64,000 nucleotides of DNA from Octopus sinensis (GCF_006345805.1 NC_043003.1:65720001-65784000), one strand, 5' to 3'. Counted from the stretch's first letter, positions 22,771 to 38,088 are shown. Made by a program: numbers and translations. The notes: generated by a model from the letters alone, not told the origin.

Positions 22771-25574
22771 TTGTCACCATTACAACGTCACTTATTATTA
22801 TTGCATGTTCTAGTAACTTATCACCGACTACCACTTCTACGTCTAACACCACCATCACAACTAACTTAAATACAGGCAAATATTTCTACAACGGATGTTA
22901 TCAGCCATCAGCTAGCTACTCGCTGCCGCTCACACAATGACAATTGGAGCCGCTACCGACATCATTTCAGAAATGGTTGCAGCTGCTATTTTTGCCCACA
23001 CTGTCACCATGGTGATGCTCCCCTCACAGTGATCAACATAGCCGGTATTGTAAAGGCTCATATTTCTCGTCTGATTACATCTGTGGACGGACCCTTCTCT
23101 CAGATATATATGAAGGTTATTAAACGATTTCCTTTTCGCGTTGCAAGACATCTCTCTTCACTCTTTTATTTTACTTTGATAATTCATAATATTTTTGGAT
23201 AAACACATCACTCTTGATAAGTGGGCGGCTTTATAAGAGAGAGGATTTTATATTATGATTCGATTGTATCACACCTAACTTAATACACACACATATTGCG
23301 ATCTTAAAATATATATATGAAGCATAAATATGAACCTAAAGACCTGAGCAAAATACTCCCCCTACTCCCCCTCCCCTCAAAGCAAGTATTTTTCAAGATT
23401 TATACCAAGCCTCAAATGAATCAAAGATCACCTGAATCTTCCCCATACAAAATATGTGTATACACATTTCTTAATATCAACAACGGTCGCTTTTGTGATT
23501 CAGCTTCGCTGTGGAGGTGTAGCAAGTGAAAAACATGTATACTTGAATATCAATATTCGGTGTGACCCATTTTCTATTTCCATTTGAATTTTATCAAGTC
23601 TCTAGTTCCTAAAGTCTTTTATAACATCGATTTTCTATGAAGATAGTGTCCTGCAGGGAAGCTGAACGCTGAAAGCCATTAACTATAAGGTTGACGATTG
23701 ATCTAAAGTGGTAGGCGACTTCAGAGGTTTTATTGTTTTGATGGTAAATATCACTTCACACCGACCTTCTCACGTAGTGAAAGGAAAGTAAAGTAACAAA
23801 GATGGATGAGTTGACAGTTCCCTAAGAAGCGATCCTCGAAGACTCTTAGGAAAGATACAGCTACAGTGAGTTGGTGAAAACGATGGATGGGCGGCAATAT
23901 GTCTTCAGGAAGAGAGAGGAGTCAAAGAAATTGTTGGAACCAGTGTTCACTTGAGACTCAAGTGACTTGAATTCGCAGCAAAGGAGAGAATAGATGCTGC
24001 CAGAAAACTGTTGGAAGTCACAGTGAAAACAAGCCATTACATCTGTCTCAAGAAACGAGACGTATGACGCAGCAAGATCGTGCACTGAAGATGATATAAA
24101 CACCTGGGGCAGAGTTGCAACACCTGACTCATCAAAGTTTACGATGTACAGGAGTTTTGTCTCCTATATCGGTTTGTGCTTCCGGGCAGCTTCGTAGCTG
24201 TTTCACCGACTGAGGAGATATCGCCTGTTGCAATCGGTAACGGAAGACAGTAGAACACTCAGCACACGGATGTTACAATAAAACTGATAATCTTAAGAAA
24301 ATTATTATTCTTGCTGTCTAATGAATATTTAACTTGAATTTTCGATGTATTGTCTATAATGGACTATACTATGTCACGAAAATTCCACTTTACATTTGCG
24401 TTGTGTACAACGTGTTTGTACATGTAAACATATTTTACGCATCACTCGTATACACACAAACCTATGCACGCAACCACCACATATCATGTGTGTGTGTGTG
24501 TCTCTCTCTCTCTCTCTATCGCTAATTTGTGTGCGTGTGTGTGTGTCAGTGTGTGCGCGTGCGTTATCTTTCATCTATGTGAATAATTTTAGAAAGTAGA
24601 TTTTATTGGCAATATTGTAATTTTATAAATGACAACCGTAAACCTCACACTAAAATGCTATTAATAATTCATGTAAAAGCTATATCATTATTTTCTCCAG
24701 GATAAGATGAATATGCTTGCTTCTTTGCTTTTTTGACATTGCTATTTAAAAAAATATTCTGGATTTTCGAATTTTCTTGTAATGAAGGTCTTCTTGTTGA
24801 ACGAAATGTCAATAGAGAAAGTCAAATATTCAAATATATTTATGTTTTGTGCCAAACATGAATTTAGAAGTGAAAAAAATTGATGATGGACACATTTACA
24901 TGTAAAAATAACTGCCTTTCCTTCTAACATTCGTTGCATCTTCTGAACATGATTGTGATGATTGAGTACAGCGGATTGTAGTGATCTGAGGTCGATTCTG
25001 AAGAAAGCATGATATATTTTGAGGAAAAAAATAACACTTTATATGTTCACTAGAATACCTGTGTATTTTGGTGTTTCACTTCGCACGTACGCGATTTCGT
25101 GTTCGATTCCTTTGTGTTGCTTAATGAGTTTTTCGACGTTATCACATACGCAAATCTAGCAATATATGGTTGGTGGTTCCCTGTCATATATTATCAACAC
25201 CGTATGTGCTAATGGATCCCTTTCTTTCACTCTCTCTTATTCACTCTTCTCTCACTTTCTCTCTGTTTCTCTCTCTCTCTTCTATTTCTCAATTTCTCTT
25301 TGTCAATTTCTCTTTCTCTCTTTGACTTTTTTTCTGTCAACTCTTGTTTTCCCCAGGGTTCGTTTGTATCCTTTACATTCTTCGGTTAGGCATCATTGAC
25401 CCACATGTCATCACGTTCAGCAATGCTCTCGTTTATATAGATGACACTGATCACGGGTCCATCTCTAATCATCCCATCGTATTTTTCGCCATAATGCATA
25501 GTATAAAATAAAAGCTCCCCCAAAATATGGACGAACTTTTACGGGACAAATAATCTGGATTCCGATAAGGGAGA

Positions 25575-26000
25575 TCATGCATTAATCAGATACTAACACA
25601 TCGAATAATGATCGAACACTCATTGAAAAAGGACAGTTCTTTGTGAGTGGTATTTATCGATTATGAAAAGAACTTTTCCAGTGAGGAAAAGTGACATTTG
25701 AAATTGCTTCGATGTTTTGGTGTCCCCGATAAAATCCTTACTTTGATCAGGGCTGCTTATGAACGATCAACATGGCAAGTTCTAGATGATAGAACTTTGA
25801 TGCAACCATTCAGTGTATGGATAGTTGAGTCAAGAATGTCTGCTATCACCTTACCTTCTCCTATTGGTAAGTGACCGGATGATGAAAGAAACAAAGCACA
25901 TCCCAAATGGACTACAACAGTCTTTCTTTAGCTACTTAGAAGATATTCTCTTCACCGATGATGTTACACTTGTCTCTCAACGCTCTGTTGACATGGATGA
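25575..26000 (+). mobile_element. RTE-clade LINE reverse-transcriptase fragment
   Basis: SCINQILTHRIMIEHS...VVFIDYEKNF...FGVPDKILTLIRAAYE...SQECLLSPYLLLLVSDRMMK...LEDILFTDDVTL (degenerate GVRQGCLLSP and FADD). Confidence 0.88.
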
Positions 26001-27527
26001 GGATATAGCAGTGAGCAACTATAGATGTTTGTATCAACCAAATTTACAAATTGCTTGGACAAATTTAGATCATGGGATTTTTTAAAATTGACTATAATTT
26101 TATGTAGGAGAACTTATAGTAGTAATATTTAAAGGTGCAAAACACTCTCCCAATATACTTTTCTTTGTAGAGAAAATAAAAATTGAGATGGAAATATAAG
26201 TGATTGATTTAATTCTGCTGACTATGTAACTGGTAAAAGCCATGGATGATATATTTGACATATATTCCAACGCAGCATTTATAAGTTCTGTTAGTTGCCA
26301 TAAAAAAAGCATTATTCTAATCCTGGCATCTTTTAAAAGTTACATCAGTATAGAACTCCACAACACCAATAAATACTCTGCATACAAGAGAAAATTAACC
26401 AAACAGATACTAGTTACAATACTCGATCGAAATTTACCAGTGTTTCGAATTAGTTAATATGAATGAGTTTATTTAATTTATACTTGAATCAAATCATTGT
26501 AACGTAAAAGTTACAACCACGCGTCGTCTTTCTTAATGATGTTACAGTACATTTTCTAAATATTCTATTTCGATCCTTTCTAAATACAAAATTGTTATTC
26601 TGCCTTTTCAGCTTTCATGAATTGGTACTAAATTTCTTTAATGCAATTCAGCTCTGATTACAGAAATAAAATATTATTAAATCTTTAAGCGGAATCGTTA
26701 GAGTATCAGATAGATTATTAAACATAGGCTGCGGATAAGGAAACCAGTTGCTCTCTCTTTGTATCTGTAGAGAAATAAATAAAAAATTACATTGGTTCCT
26801 TAAATCAAAATAAGGCCTGGAATTTGTGATAGAGTCAAAACGATTGTGTGCAATTTGTAATTGTCCCGAGAGCATTTGGAGCATAAACAGAGTAAAAGAG
26901 CGCTAATGAGAAATGGGGATTTGGTTCCAGATTTGACACGACGAAATAAACTCCATAGCAACAGCAATCCTTACACAATATTGTTTAGTTGTATTATTTT
27001 CAGGATCCTCAAATAATCACCTGATACTTTACTGATTTCATACTAGATTAAGATCGAATAACATTTTAGAGGAATGAGATCCAAATTCCATAAATGAAAT
27101 TTAGTACCCATTCATGAAATTCGAAAATACTGATTAATAATTGCATTTGATTTTTTATGGAAAACAATGAAATATATTTTTATGGAAATTCAAATGAAGA
27201 ATGTTTCAATGGATAATTCCATACAGATACTAAATTCTTTAACTATTCTGTTGTCATGAGAAAATTATTTTATTTTTACTTTTCAATTTAGCAACATGCT
27301 TTATTTGGTAATCTTTATTCCATAAACAGGATATTGAACTGGTTAATACACTCTGTTTCGTGTGCATTCCTCTCAGCTCAAATTTTACTTCAGGAGGTTG
27401 AGAGCTTTTCTTATATAGAAAATAAAAAATACATCAGTGTAATTGTCATTAAGTCTCAAATGAAACCTGTTCGAGGAAAAATTTGATCAAAAGTATCTCA
27501 AGTTGACCAATTTTTCGTAGATTTGTT

Positions 27528-27925
27528 AGGCGTGGCTGTGTGGTAAGAAACTTGCTTCACAGCCATGTGCTTCCAGGTTCAGTCCCACTGCGTGGCACCT
27601 TTGGCAAGTGTCATCTACTATACTCTCGCTCCGACCAAAGCGTTTTGAGTGGATTAGGTAGAAGAAACTGAAAGAAGCCTGCGTACATACATATATATCC
27701 ACGTATGTCTTTGCGCCTGTGTTTCCTTCTCCGCCACAGGTTGACGGCCGGTGTTGGTTTGTTTATGTCTCCATAATTTAGCAGTTCGTCAAAAGTGACT
27801 GACACATCAAGTACCAGACTTAAAAGAATAAGCAGTGGAATCGATTCATTCGGCTAAAAATTCTTCAAGGCGGTGCTTCGGCATGGCCGCAGTTCAATAA
27901 CTAAGATAAGTAAAATATAAAACAT
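27528..27925 (+). mobile_element. SINE family A, full-length
   Basis: ggcgtggctgtgtggtaag...ggttcagtcccactgcgtggcacc...ggcggtgcttcggcatggccgcag. Confidence 0.9.
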
Positions 27926-29199
27926 AATGTATAGTTACTATTTTAAAATCCTATCTTGTGATTTAATGCGTATTTGGCGACTATTTTAAACAGTAACCTC
28001 GTATGTAGAATCTCCATCGTAGTGTTAGATAAACTGCGTGAGTAAAGGATATCCATGTGCTTAGTCAAACGAAGGCAATTATAGCAACACCACACCACGT
28101 AGAATAACGATGAATACTTGGTGAGCTTGTCTGCTTCACAATTTTAGTTCTTTTGTACATGTATTTCAATTTCTTTTTATAGGCAGGTCATTTACGTATC
28201 TTTTTCAACTGATTTACGTCGTTAATACTCTTAGTAAAAGCCTGGAAGTTAGAGTTAGAAAACTCTGTTTCTGTCATGTCATGCTTGTAATAGACTCTGA
28301 GATTTGTACTTATGCAAGAAATCCATATTTTTTCTACCTTTTGTGAATCACTGCATAACTAAAGGATATTGTTGATAATTCGGTTTTCATCGAGAAAAGG
28401 ATGGATGGAAGAAATAATTTAAACGACAGAATGAATGCATAACATATAGGAATTGAAATTCTTTGCTGGTGAGTCAAGCACTTGAAGCGCACCTGTGAGG
28501 CGGCAGAACGAGTTAAGAAAGATTTACACTTGACAACTAATTATAGGATAGAACCATCTTCAATCTTGTAAACACAAAACTGAAACCCTTAACTTGATAT
28601 AAACTAAACTGAAGCCATTACATCCAATATCCATCAATACGTCTGCTTCGTTACTTTCCGTGCGTCCTGCATTTCGTCTGAAATGTGATTACTTTTACGA
28701 TCTATGACAAGTCTTGGATGAATTAAACCATTGCATCACGTTGCTGTATCATAACACTTTGGAGGTGAACACTTGGTTATATTGAATTAGTGGCCTAGTC
28801 AGAACAGTGAAACAAAACGTTATAAGCGTTATACAGGTGAATACATTGCTGTACGAGGCATCGAGTTATATCATAGAGTGAATATTAATGAAAGATTTGC
28901 GTCAGTTACGAAGCACTGTGTGAAGATAAGCGATGCGCAAATATTTGTTAATTTAAAACCTTATTGGACATTTCATTGTTAGAAGGGAAACTAAATGATC
29001 AAAGTTGTTATAGCCTAAAGGTTTATTTTTCGATCCTGTCGAATTTGTAATATGAACACTGCTTCTTTTCTGTAACTCACGAAATAACTCACATTAGTGT
29101 CACACTCTTTTGGAAAACATATATATATATGAACGGGAATGATTTTTAGGAAGTTTATAGACAAATACATAAACGCAAATATAAGGTAAGTACGCATCA

Positions 29200-29209
29200 C
29201 ACACACACA

Positions 29210-29249
<40 letters not shown>

Positions 29250-29630
29250 ACACACACACACAAACACATGTCTATATGTTTATGTACACACAGACACATT
29301 CACAAACATACACACACAGACGCACACACATATATATTAAGTTCAGACATACACTCACACAACCACGTATACATACACGTGGCATATATATAAAAATTAA
29401 ATAGCGTCTATGCATTTATATGTTGGCGTATACATCACCACACATATTCATTTATACAGACACATATACACATATATACACCTTCAGGTATATACAACGT
29501 ATATATGATATAAGTTAATATATGTAAAGACACACACATATATATATGTATATATATATATGTATGTATGTATCTATATCTATATGTATATGTACATACA
29601 TACGTATATAGATACGTGTATCTATGCATA

Positions 29631-29686
<56 letters not shown>

Positions 29687-29769
29687 TATACATATATGCA
29701 TGCATACATATGTATATGAATATATATATATGTATTTACATATATATACATATATACATATATATATAT

Positions 29770-29830
<61 letters not shown>

Positions 29831-29849
29831 CACACATATACATATGCAT

Positions 29850-29883
<34 letters not shown>

Positions 29884-29910
29884 GTATGTATGTATGTATG
29901 TATATATAGT
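29200..29910. repeat. Long (CA)n/(TA)n/(TATG)n microsatellite field
   Basis: Directly visible. Confidence 0.95.
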
Positions 29911-30744
29911 CATTAGCTTATTACCGCTTAGTTTTCGCATGAATAAAACTTGCTTCATTACAAAATGTAGTGGATGGAAAGGAAAGCAACATCATGTTAA
30001 AGATACAGAGAAAAATGGTTCTACAAGAAAAACAGACATTCACTTACCATATTTATTCCCAAACGTATCCGCACACACACACACACATATTAACACATAC
30101 ACATACTCACAAACACACACATACAGAAACGCACACAAACACACGCATGCACACGTGGATACGCATTTAGACACACTTTTTTTGCACATAAGAAGTGCAT
30201 ATATTTAAATACAGAGGGTCTATAGATAAAACTGTAACATACACACGCACACGCACACACATATACACATACACACAAAAACACACATGGAGTAGTGCAC
30301 GCGCACTTTTATCTGCAAAGAATTTGTTGCCATCCATATATGCAATAACTGAGGAAGAATATGAAAATTCGCGAACGTAATAAAAGCTTTCAGGTTTATC
30401 GAAAAACTGGGTAAGATTTGGTTGGAATTCATTTAAAATTGCTACCAGTATTTGCTTTCTTTTAGCGTGTGATATAGATTCCGTTGCTGTTCGAAATATT
30501 TAATATTTCATCATTAACAGTTTGAAATCAAAATATTTTATGTCGCTATTCTGATGGTTAAGATATTTTGCAATACATGTATCTCTAAGTTGCAGTAGAA
30601 AAATGAAAGAATATTTGCATGAAAGAGAGAAGGCTAAAATATATGTATGATTCAAATATAGAAATGTATCAGTCACAAATACACAGAGACGTATACACTT
30701 ATGTATGGAGACATGTGTACGAGTGTGTATCATTGGGCTTCTGA

Positions 30745-30837
30745 TATATATATATATACATTCATACATACATACATATATATATACATATACATACATA
30801 CATACATACATACATACATACATGCATATATATACAT

Positions 30838-30921
<84 letters not shown>
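30745..30921. repeat. (TACA)n/(TA)n microsatellite
   Basis: Directly visible. Confidence 0.95.
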
Positions 30922-30923
<2 letters not shown>

Positions 30924-30924
30924 A

Positions 30925-31025
30925 CAGGAGTGGGTGCTGTGTGGTTGGAAGCTTGCTTCCTAATCACATGGTTGAGGTTACAGTCCCGCTGCGTTGCACC
31001 TTGGGCAGGTATCTTCTACTAATGC
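30925..31025 (+). mobile_element. SINE family A head fragment
   Basis: gctgtgtggttggaagcttgcttcc...cacatggtt...cagtcccgctgcgttgcaccttgggcagg. Confidence 0.8.
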
Positions 31026-31217
31026 CTCATATAATATATATGTTACATATATATTATATGATAACTTGACACTGTTTGGACTAAGATTCCCATTGACAGG
31101 CCGATGGAATTTTTAGAGTGTTAAACTCTTTCGTTATGTAAATAGGGACTCCTTCATTTGCTGAGTATATAAACAGTTTGGCTCTTTGTTTCTCTGGAGA
31201 CTGTTGGGGTCATCTAG

Positions 31218-31262
31218 ACGGCTCTGATGAGAACCCAGTAAGGTTTGAAAATCGATTAAGGT
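31218..31262 (+). ncRNA. Hammerhead-like motif with palindromic helix III
   Basis: CUGAUGA-GAACC-caguaa-GGUUU-GAA-AAUCGAUU-A; core intact, stem I only 2 bp. Confidence 0.45.
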
Positions 31263-31679
31263 TGTTCAACATTTTTTTTCAGTCTGCAGAGAAATGGTTA
31301 AATGTTGCCCTATTTATAATTATATGTTACAAATATATATTTATGTATGTGTGTATATAATATTATTTATTTAAAAGTCACAATACATGTATTAAAGCGT
31401 TACTAATAGTTTCTTATTTTGAGAATACACAGACATAATCTTCATGCGCAAACCACATAACATAACGAATTAAAGAATGTGGTGATATGCGGTTTGCCCC
31501 TGATGAATATGTATGAGTTTCCTCAAAATATGAAACTATTAGTCGGGCTTTAATACATGTATTGTGACCTTTAAATAAATAATATTTCTCTCTCACCAGA
31601 TGGAGCATTTTTTTTTGGTTGAATCTTCTGTCACGCATCAATACATTATGTGTGAGTGTGTTTGTGTGTGTATACATAC

Positions 31680-31888
31680 ATATGTTCTTCACTCCTGCTC
31701 CAGAGCGTCGGCTGCGAGGTCACTCAGAAAAGCTCTATCTGCCAACGACCGCTCCGTTCAAAGACTCTCTTGACCAGAAATGGCCTGAACTCTTTGCAGG
31801 AACACCCTCCATGTACATAACTCCATGTCCCTCTACATGACCCTGCTTTTGCTTTTTGAGCCAAAAAATTAACTTAACTTAACTTATA
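31680..31888 (+). mobile_element. 3' end of a CR1/L2-group LINE with (AACTT)n tail
   Basis: FFTPAPERRLRGHSEKLYLP (RLRGHxxKL motif) followed by UTR and aacttaacttaactta. Confidence 0.6.
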
Positions 31889-34487
31889 TGATAAGATATA
31901 ATATAGGCAGTTGATAATGAAAGGGACTTGATAAGAAGATGGCTTCACTACCTCGCGGTCTAAGTACTCAATTTATTTCATAGCATCAATGGCAAATAAC
32001 ATCTTCGTACCAGTAATACAAAGGATGCAGATATTTTCAGATCATGCCAGACATATTCTGCTATATAAGGCCTCAAATGTGCCCATATCTGTGACATATT
32101 CATCCTTTTACACTTTATTGGAAAAGCTGTATACTTAGGTGACCATACCACAGAATCCTCGTCGTCAGGAGGCAATGACTGGTTAGCATTATATATACGC
32201 GTACACATGCACACGCACGGGCCTTCCCATCACACACACACGCACTCCACACACATGAACACACACACAGACAACGTACACATACACACACAAACACATA
32301 ATGTACACACACACACACACACACACGCATATTTTCTTCCAAACTCCACCGTTATTCAATCCTAAATTTCTGCCACGGGCCGCATCACAAAAAGCCTAAT
32401 GAAGGCTTTGACTACATGTCGAAATGTATAAAATACAGAAAAATTTGGCTTATCGTTTTATATCCTGCTAAAAACATAGATTCAAATTTCAGAGAATGCA
32501 TTAACATTTTAAGAGATCCGAATTTTGAGTAAATACCCTTGACATTTTTATATGAAAATACAGAATATTTTTTTAAATTTACATCTATTGTATATGTAAT
32601 ATTCGTACTTAAATATATTTTTTCTATAATTCATTCATATTTTGCTTGTGTATCTATAATTTATTTATATTTTTTCTTGTGTATCTTGTGCATCTATTTT
32701 CAAACTTTCTCTCGCATACCATGTCAAATTTTGGCACTTCAGTTTTAAACTATTAGAGCGTCAAAGGCTTCAAATCATTGCATTAGTCATACTTTCATCG
32801 ATAAAAGAGAGACGTCAGATCTATTATATAATTATCAATAAAAATCGATCTGGCTAGTGTTGATGTGCTTAGACCGAATGGATTACCCTCTTTCTCCAAC
32901 GCTTTTATTTGTTCTTTCGGTTTGTGCTATCACTGAGCAACTGTATTCATTTGTTGCTTGAATTAATAATAAAAGCACCGGGACTATGAAAAGACTTGTG
33001 TGCAGTAATTGTATCTGTAAAAAACGTGTGGGATTCATAGAAGGCATTTACAAACACATTTTTTTCCCGGAACCGGGAAATTTCTTTGCAGACAAACTAT
33101 GAAAGATTTAATTTTATAGCATGCAAGAACTATTCAAGGATATTTTGGGGCAAAGCCAGCAATTTCAAACAGATTGTATGTCAATCATATCGACCCCAGT
33201 GCAAAGCTGGTACTTATTATATCGACCCTGAAATGACGCTATGCATTTTGCTCAGGGTTCGAATTGTTCTGCCAGATTGCTGCTTTATTAGGAACTTGTT
33301 TCGTCTAGGCATCGAGGTATTGCTGAATACAGCTCAGTTTAACCAAATGTCTACTCCTTATATACAGTAGTATTGAAAAAAAAATATTTAAAAAATTTAT
33401 AACAATACTAACACATTTAACAAATCTTGAAAGAAAATATTTCGATAGTATTTATCGCCTGGTTTTAAGAGAGAAAACAAAAAAAATATCTTTAAAATCA
33501 AACTTGAAGAACCTAAATCAATAAATCACACCAAATACGTTTTTTTTTTCGTTCATACGAAATTTGCAAAATCATTAAAATCTATTAAATAGAATTTTGC
33601 ACCTAACGGGCAGCAGTTTTCAAAGCAAATATGCTATCAAAAGCTCTCTCAGGGATTTTCTTTTATACAATGTTTTTTAATATATATTTTTTTTCACGAA
33701 AAAAATTGGTAAAACTTCTTTTTTGTTTTGTCCAATATTTAAGACATGAATGAAAAATGGTGCTATGAAATATGAAGATATGTCACTCACATCTGAAGGC
33801 ATAAAAGCTATGCAAAATATTAATAAAATCAAACAGCGATTTATGAATAAAAAGAAATCGAATTGGTGAAATATATTTGGAATTTTGTCAGGTGAGCGAA
33901 TAGTCACGCATATATAAGTGTATTTAAGGAGTGAGGTTTATAAATATTTTTTTGGTTTTCAATTTAAGAAAGAAAAAACCCGATTATTTATTCCTAGCAT
34001 CTCAAATAGTGTGACATATATTCATAGAAAATTGAAGAGAGATGTTTATAGTCATAGACGTTAAGTAAAAATATATTTCTGATAACAAGTGACCCATTCA
34101 AACGAGGTGTATGTGGTAAATAATGGAACTGGCATTTCAACAGATCATTCATATCTATTGATTAAGATTTTTTTTTTATTCGAAAGAATGTGATAAAATT
34201 AATATTTGACTATGCACGCATTCAAAGAAAATGAATCTTTCAATTTTCGAGATGAATATTTCAGCTTTTCGATCAACTAAAACGCTTACAAACTGAATTT
34301 TAATGTATGTGGCTGATTATTTTCACGACAATTGTATCTTTACTGCATAGTTAGAGAGAATCAGTGTGATGGAGTGCTAAGAGGTTCGATATTTGAAAGA
34401 AGGGTACAGTCCAATCGACGACTTTCCGATCGGTTTTCAAACCAACCGATTCCAATGAAGTAAAAAGTTCATGTACTTAACTCTTTT

Positions 34488-34573
34488 ATTCTCTCTCTCT
34501 CTCTCTACCTATCTATCTATCTATATATCTATCTATCTATCAATCTATCTATCTATCTATCTCTCTCCCTATA

Positions 34574-34654
<81 letters not shown>

Positions 34655-34750
34655 CTATATATATGTATATATTTATGCGTGTGTGTCTCTCTTTCTTTCT
34701 CTATGTATATATACATATATTCATAGGTATGTATATATGTGTGTATGAAT

Positions 34751-34793
<43 letters not shown>

Positions 34794-34856
34794 ATACAGA
34801 GGAATTAAGAGAAAGAGAGAGAGAGAGAGAGAGATAGACAGAGACAGAGAGAGGCA
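34488..34856. repeat. (CT)n/(CTAT)n/(AG)n microsatellites
   Basis: Directly visible. Confidence 0.95.
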
Positions 34857-35329
34857 TAAATGTGTTATAAATAATGTATACAGGTTGTCAATAGGCCAGA
34901 TAATACAATTTTTGTCCGGAGATAACATCTCTTATGGATTTGTATTAAGGCCACAAAATGTGAGAGAGACGAAAATTCGTCTCAGGAGCAGACAACGAAA
35001 GCATCAGATGCATTTCTGTCTTTTTGTGCCTTTCGGCAGTGTATATATGTTATGATGCATAAATGGCTATTTTAATAGATACTGTCTCAAATATACACAC
35101 CGAACTTTTATTCCCTTTTTCCTTTATCAAAAACAAAATATTCTTGTCCAAGCATGTGACTTGCTGTCGGTGCATTCAATTCAGAAGGTCTGAAACAACC
35201 GAAATACAGCTGCACTTTGCGCGAAGCTTTAACAATTCAGTAAATTCACTGAAATGTACATATTTGTCCTCGGAAATATGATTAATAAAAACATTGACAA
35301 AATTTTATCTCCAAATCTGAGGAACAAGT

Positions 35330-36710
35330 TACTCAATACATTTTGTGTGGAGCCGTTTTGACTGCTGAATCCATCAGGGCTAGTAGCTGAGTTTGGGTTC
35401 ACTTCATCTATAGCCCTTATTACATCGTTTTCTTTTATATTGATGTAATCAATCATCACTCTCTCTGTTTTTATATCTGCAATGTTAAAAAAAGCCAGCT
35501 GGATTCCTGACCTGCAAGTGTCGTAGGGGTGGAGTGAAAACTCTTTTGAATTGCTCATTTAGCATTTCACTTATCCTTATTGGGTTTCTGTGAGTGAACC
35601 ATCATTTTCGAGGAGTGGCCCTACCATGCAGTGCATTGAGGCTGTTTCTTTGGCAAACTTATAGAAGGCTCTGAGGTTAGATTTCATATTGCTCCGGCTT
35701 CTTTGTCTGCTCTTTCTCTTTTATGGGAGAGTTGTAGTATTTTTTTTCATCTCTAGCAGTTGTATTTTCAGGCTGGATTTTTCACTGCTTTCACTTTGTT
35801 TTTTTTTTCGGCGATTTGAAATTTTCGTACGTCGTCTCTAAAGAATTTTCCTCCCCTTGCAGATTTTGTTCTCTCTCCGTGACACATTTGTAGTATATGG
35901 CATGCATTACAGACATGAATTTTTGACGTTTCATGTCGAAGTCCGGTGAGGAGAGATATTTAAGCCAGTTTTGTTTGGGGATCTCTTTCTCAATTTGTGT
36001 CCGGTTTGCCTTATGGAAGTTCAAACTGGATTGATTTTGAGAGTTTCTTCTAGGCTGTATTTCCTTGGTTTCCTTTGGTTTGTACATGGTCAGCTCTACC
36101 ATGTTTTGGTCCAAGAGTAGCATCAGCGTCACTTTCGCATCATGGATGAGATCCATATTTGTGAAGCAGAGATTCAGTATATTACCTGCTCTGGTTGGAG
36201 TACTATTTGTGCTATGTAAAGATTGTTGATGAGGTTCAAGAGGGACTTCACCTGTCCTTGTTCGCATCGCGCCATTCCTGGGAGAGAAAGGCTCACAGGC
36301 CATCCGACATTGGGCAGATTGAAGTACAATAAGTACGCTTATGTGTTGTTCTAATATGACTAGAACTTCTATTTTTGTAAGGCAGTCTTCAAACATGTCT
36401 GCATGATTCGGAGCATATGGAGGGTGATATGTAGCACATATAATTACATCGAGTTGTCCTTTATGTAGAATTAGTGTGTCACATACCGAATTTCAGTGTG
36501 ACAAAAGGATGTGGAGTGTGAGATTTTCGGAGATGTAGATAGCAAATCCAGCATGACTCCTTTCTTTTCTGTCGGTCTTTAATGCAACATACTGTGGTAT
36601 GTGTATTTCTGCCTTTGCTATATCTGGTTTCTGGTGTGTTTCCGTGAGTTGCATAAGGCTTGATTGAATGCAACAAGGTCTCTCAGGAAAGGAATTTTTG
36701 TCCTGTTACT
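35330..36710 (-). mobile_element. CR1/Jockey-group LINE ORF2 remnant (APE endonuclease, linker, start of RT)
   Basis: ETHQKPDIAKAEIHIPQYV..TDRKERSHAGFAIYI...YHPP...PTRAGNILNLCFTN...NFHKAN...ENDVIRAIDEVNPNSATSPDGF; frameshifted. Confidence 0.9.
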
Positions 36711-37459
36711 AAGTGTTAACGTTCCTCTGATGGGTATATATATATATATATATATATACGAGTAAACATATAAATATATACATATATATGTATACTCACT
36801 TTATATATGTTTGCGTGCTTGTGAGTGTTGGTATGTGTATCTGTTTGTGGATGGTTGTCTATATATATATATATCTGCATATGTCTGTATCACTATGTGA
36901 ATATACGTTTGTGTATAAGCAATGGGTGTAAAAAACACAAAGTGAGAAAATAGAACGAAGTAAGAAAAGCAAACCAAAGAATAAATAAAGAGATAGATAA
37001 TTGCATTTTTTGTTTCACAAGGAAATGCAACTTGTGTTTCTCAACTAGTCCCAGAATCATGCAAATATTTCTTTGCAGGAATAAACACTCACGAATGGGA
37101 TTATGCAGAGAGATGTTGCGTGGAGAGTGTCATGACTGTTGAGTAAAAATGATTAATTGCAGCGGGATTTTAGCAGTGCCAACCAAGTGATAAATCATGA
37201 TATTTTCCTTCTATTAATCTTCATTGGATTATGCCAATAATAATGGTATGTTATCCTTAGTAAAATGTATTGATTATAACGAAAATAAAAATTCGCAATT
37301 AATCAATCTTGCGTTACAACTTTACTCACAACAATCCTCAATCCACCTTTTGCACGAAATGAACATTTTCATAGCTTCTTATGTTTTATGTTCTAAAGTA
37401 CAGAAGTACAGGCATAATTATGCATCTGTCTATCCTCATTCTGCATTTCCCTGTTTCTT

Positions 37460-37637
37460 TCTCTCTCTCTCCACCCCTCTCTCTGTCTCACTCTCTTAAT
37501 ATATATAAGTATGTATGTACATATATAGATATAAATATAGATATATATATACATGCATATATAAATACACTCATATATACACATATGTAAATACTCACAT
37601 GTATATATTTATACACACGTATGTATGCATATATATA

Positions 37638-37684
<47 letters not shown>

Positions 37685-37685
37685 C

Positions 37686-37740
<55 letters not shown>

Positions 37741-37778
37741 TCATATGCACACATTTCTATTTATGTATGTCAGTCTGC

Positions 37779-37861
<83 letters not shown>

Positions 37862-38050
37862 TAGACAGAGAAACAAAGTCAGAGAGGGCATTATATATAT
37901 AAATGCATATGTATACATATATAGCCTTTTACATACGCACATACATGTATATAAATAGATACATATGTGCATTTACATATGTGTATATATGCATGTATTC
38001 ATGTATACATGTATGTATATATATATGTATATATATATAGATATATATAA

Positions 38051-38088
<38 letters not shown>

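Noticed and set aside
34471-35055. 194-aa ORF, the longest on the + strand
   Set aside because: Mostly (CTAT)n and (AG)n translation; the unique tail has no recognisable motif.
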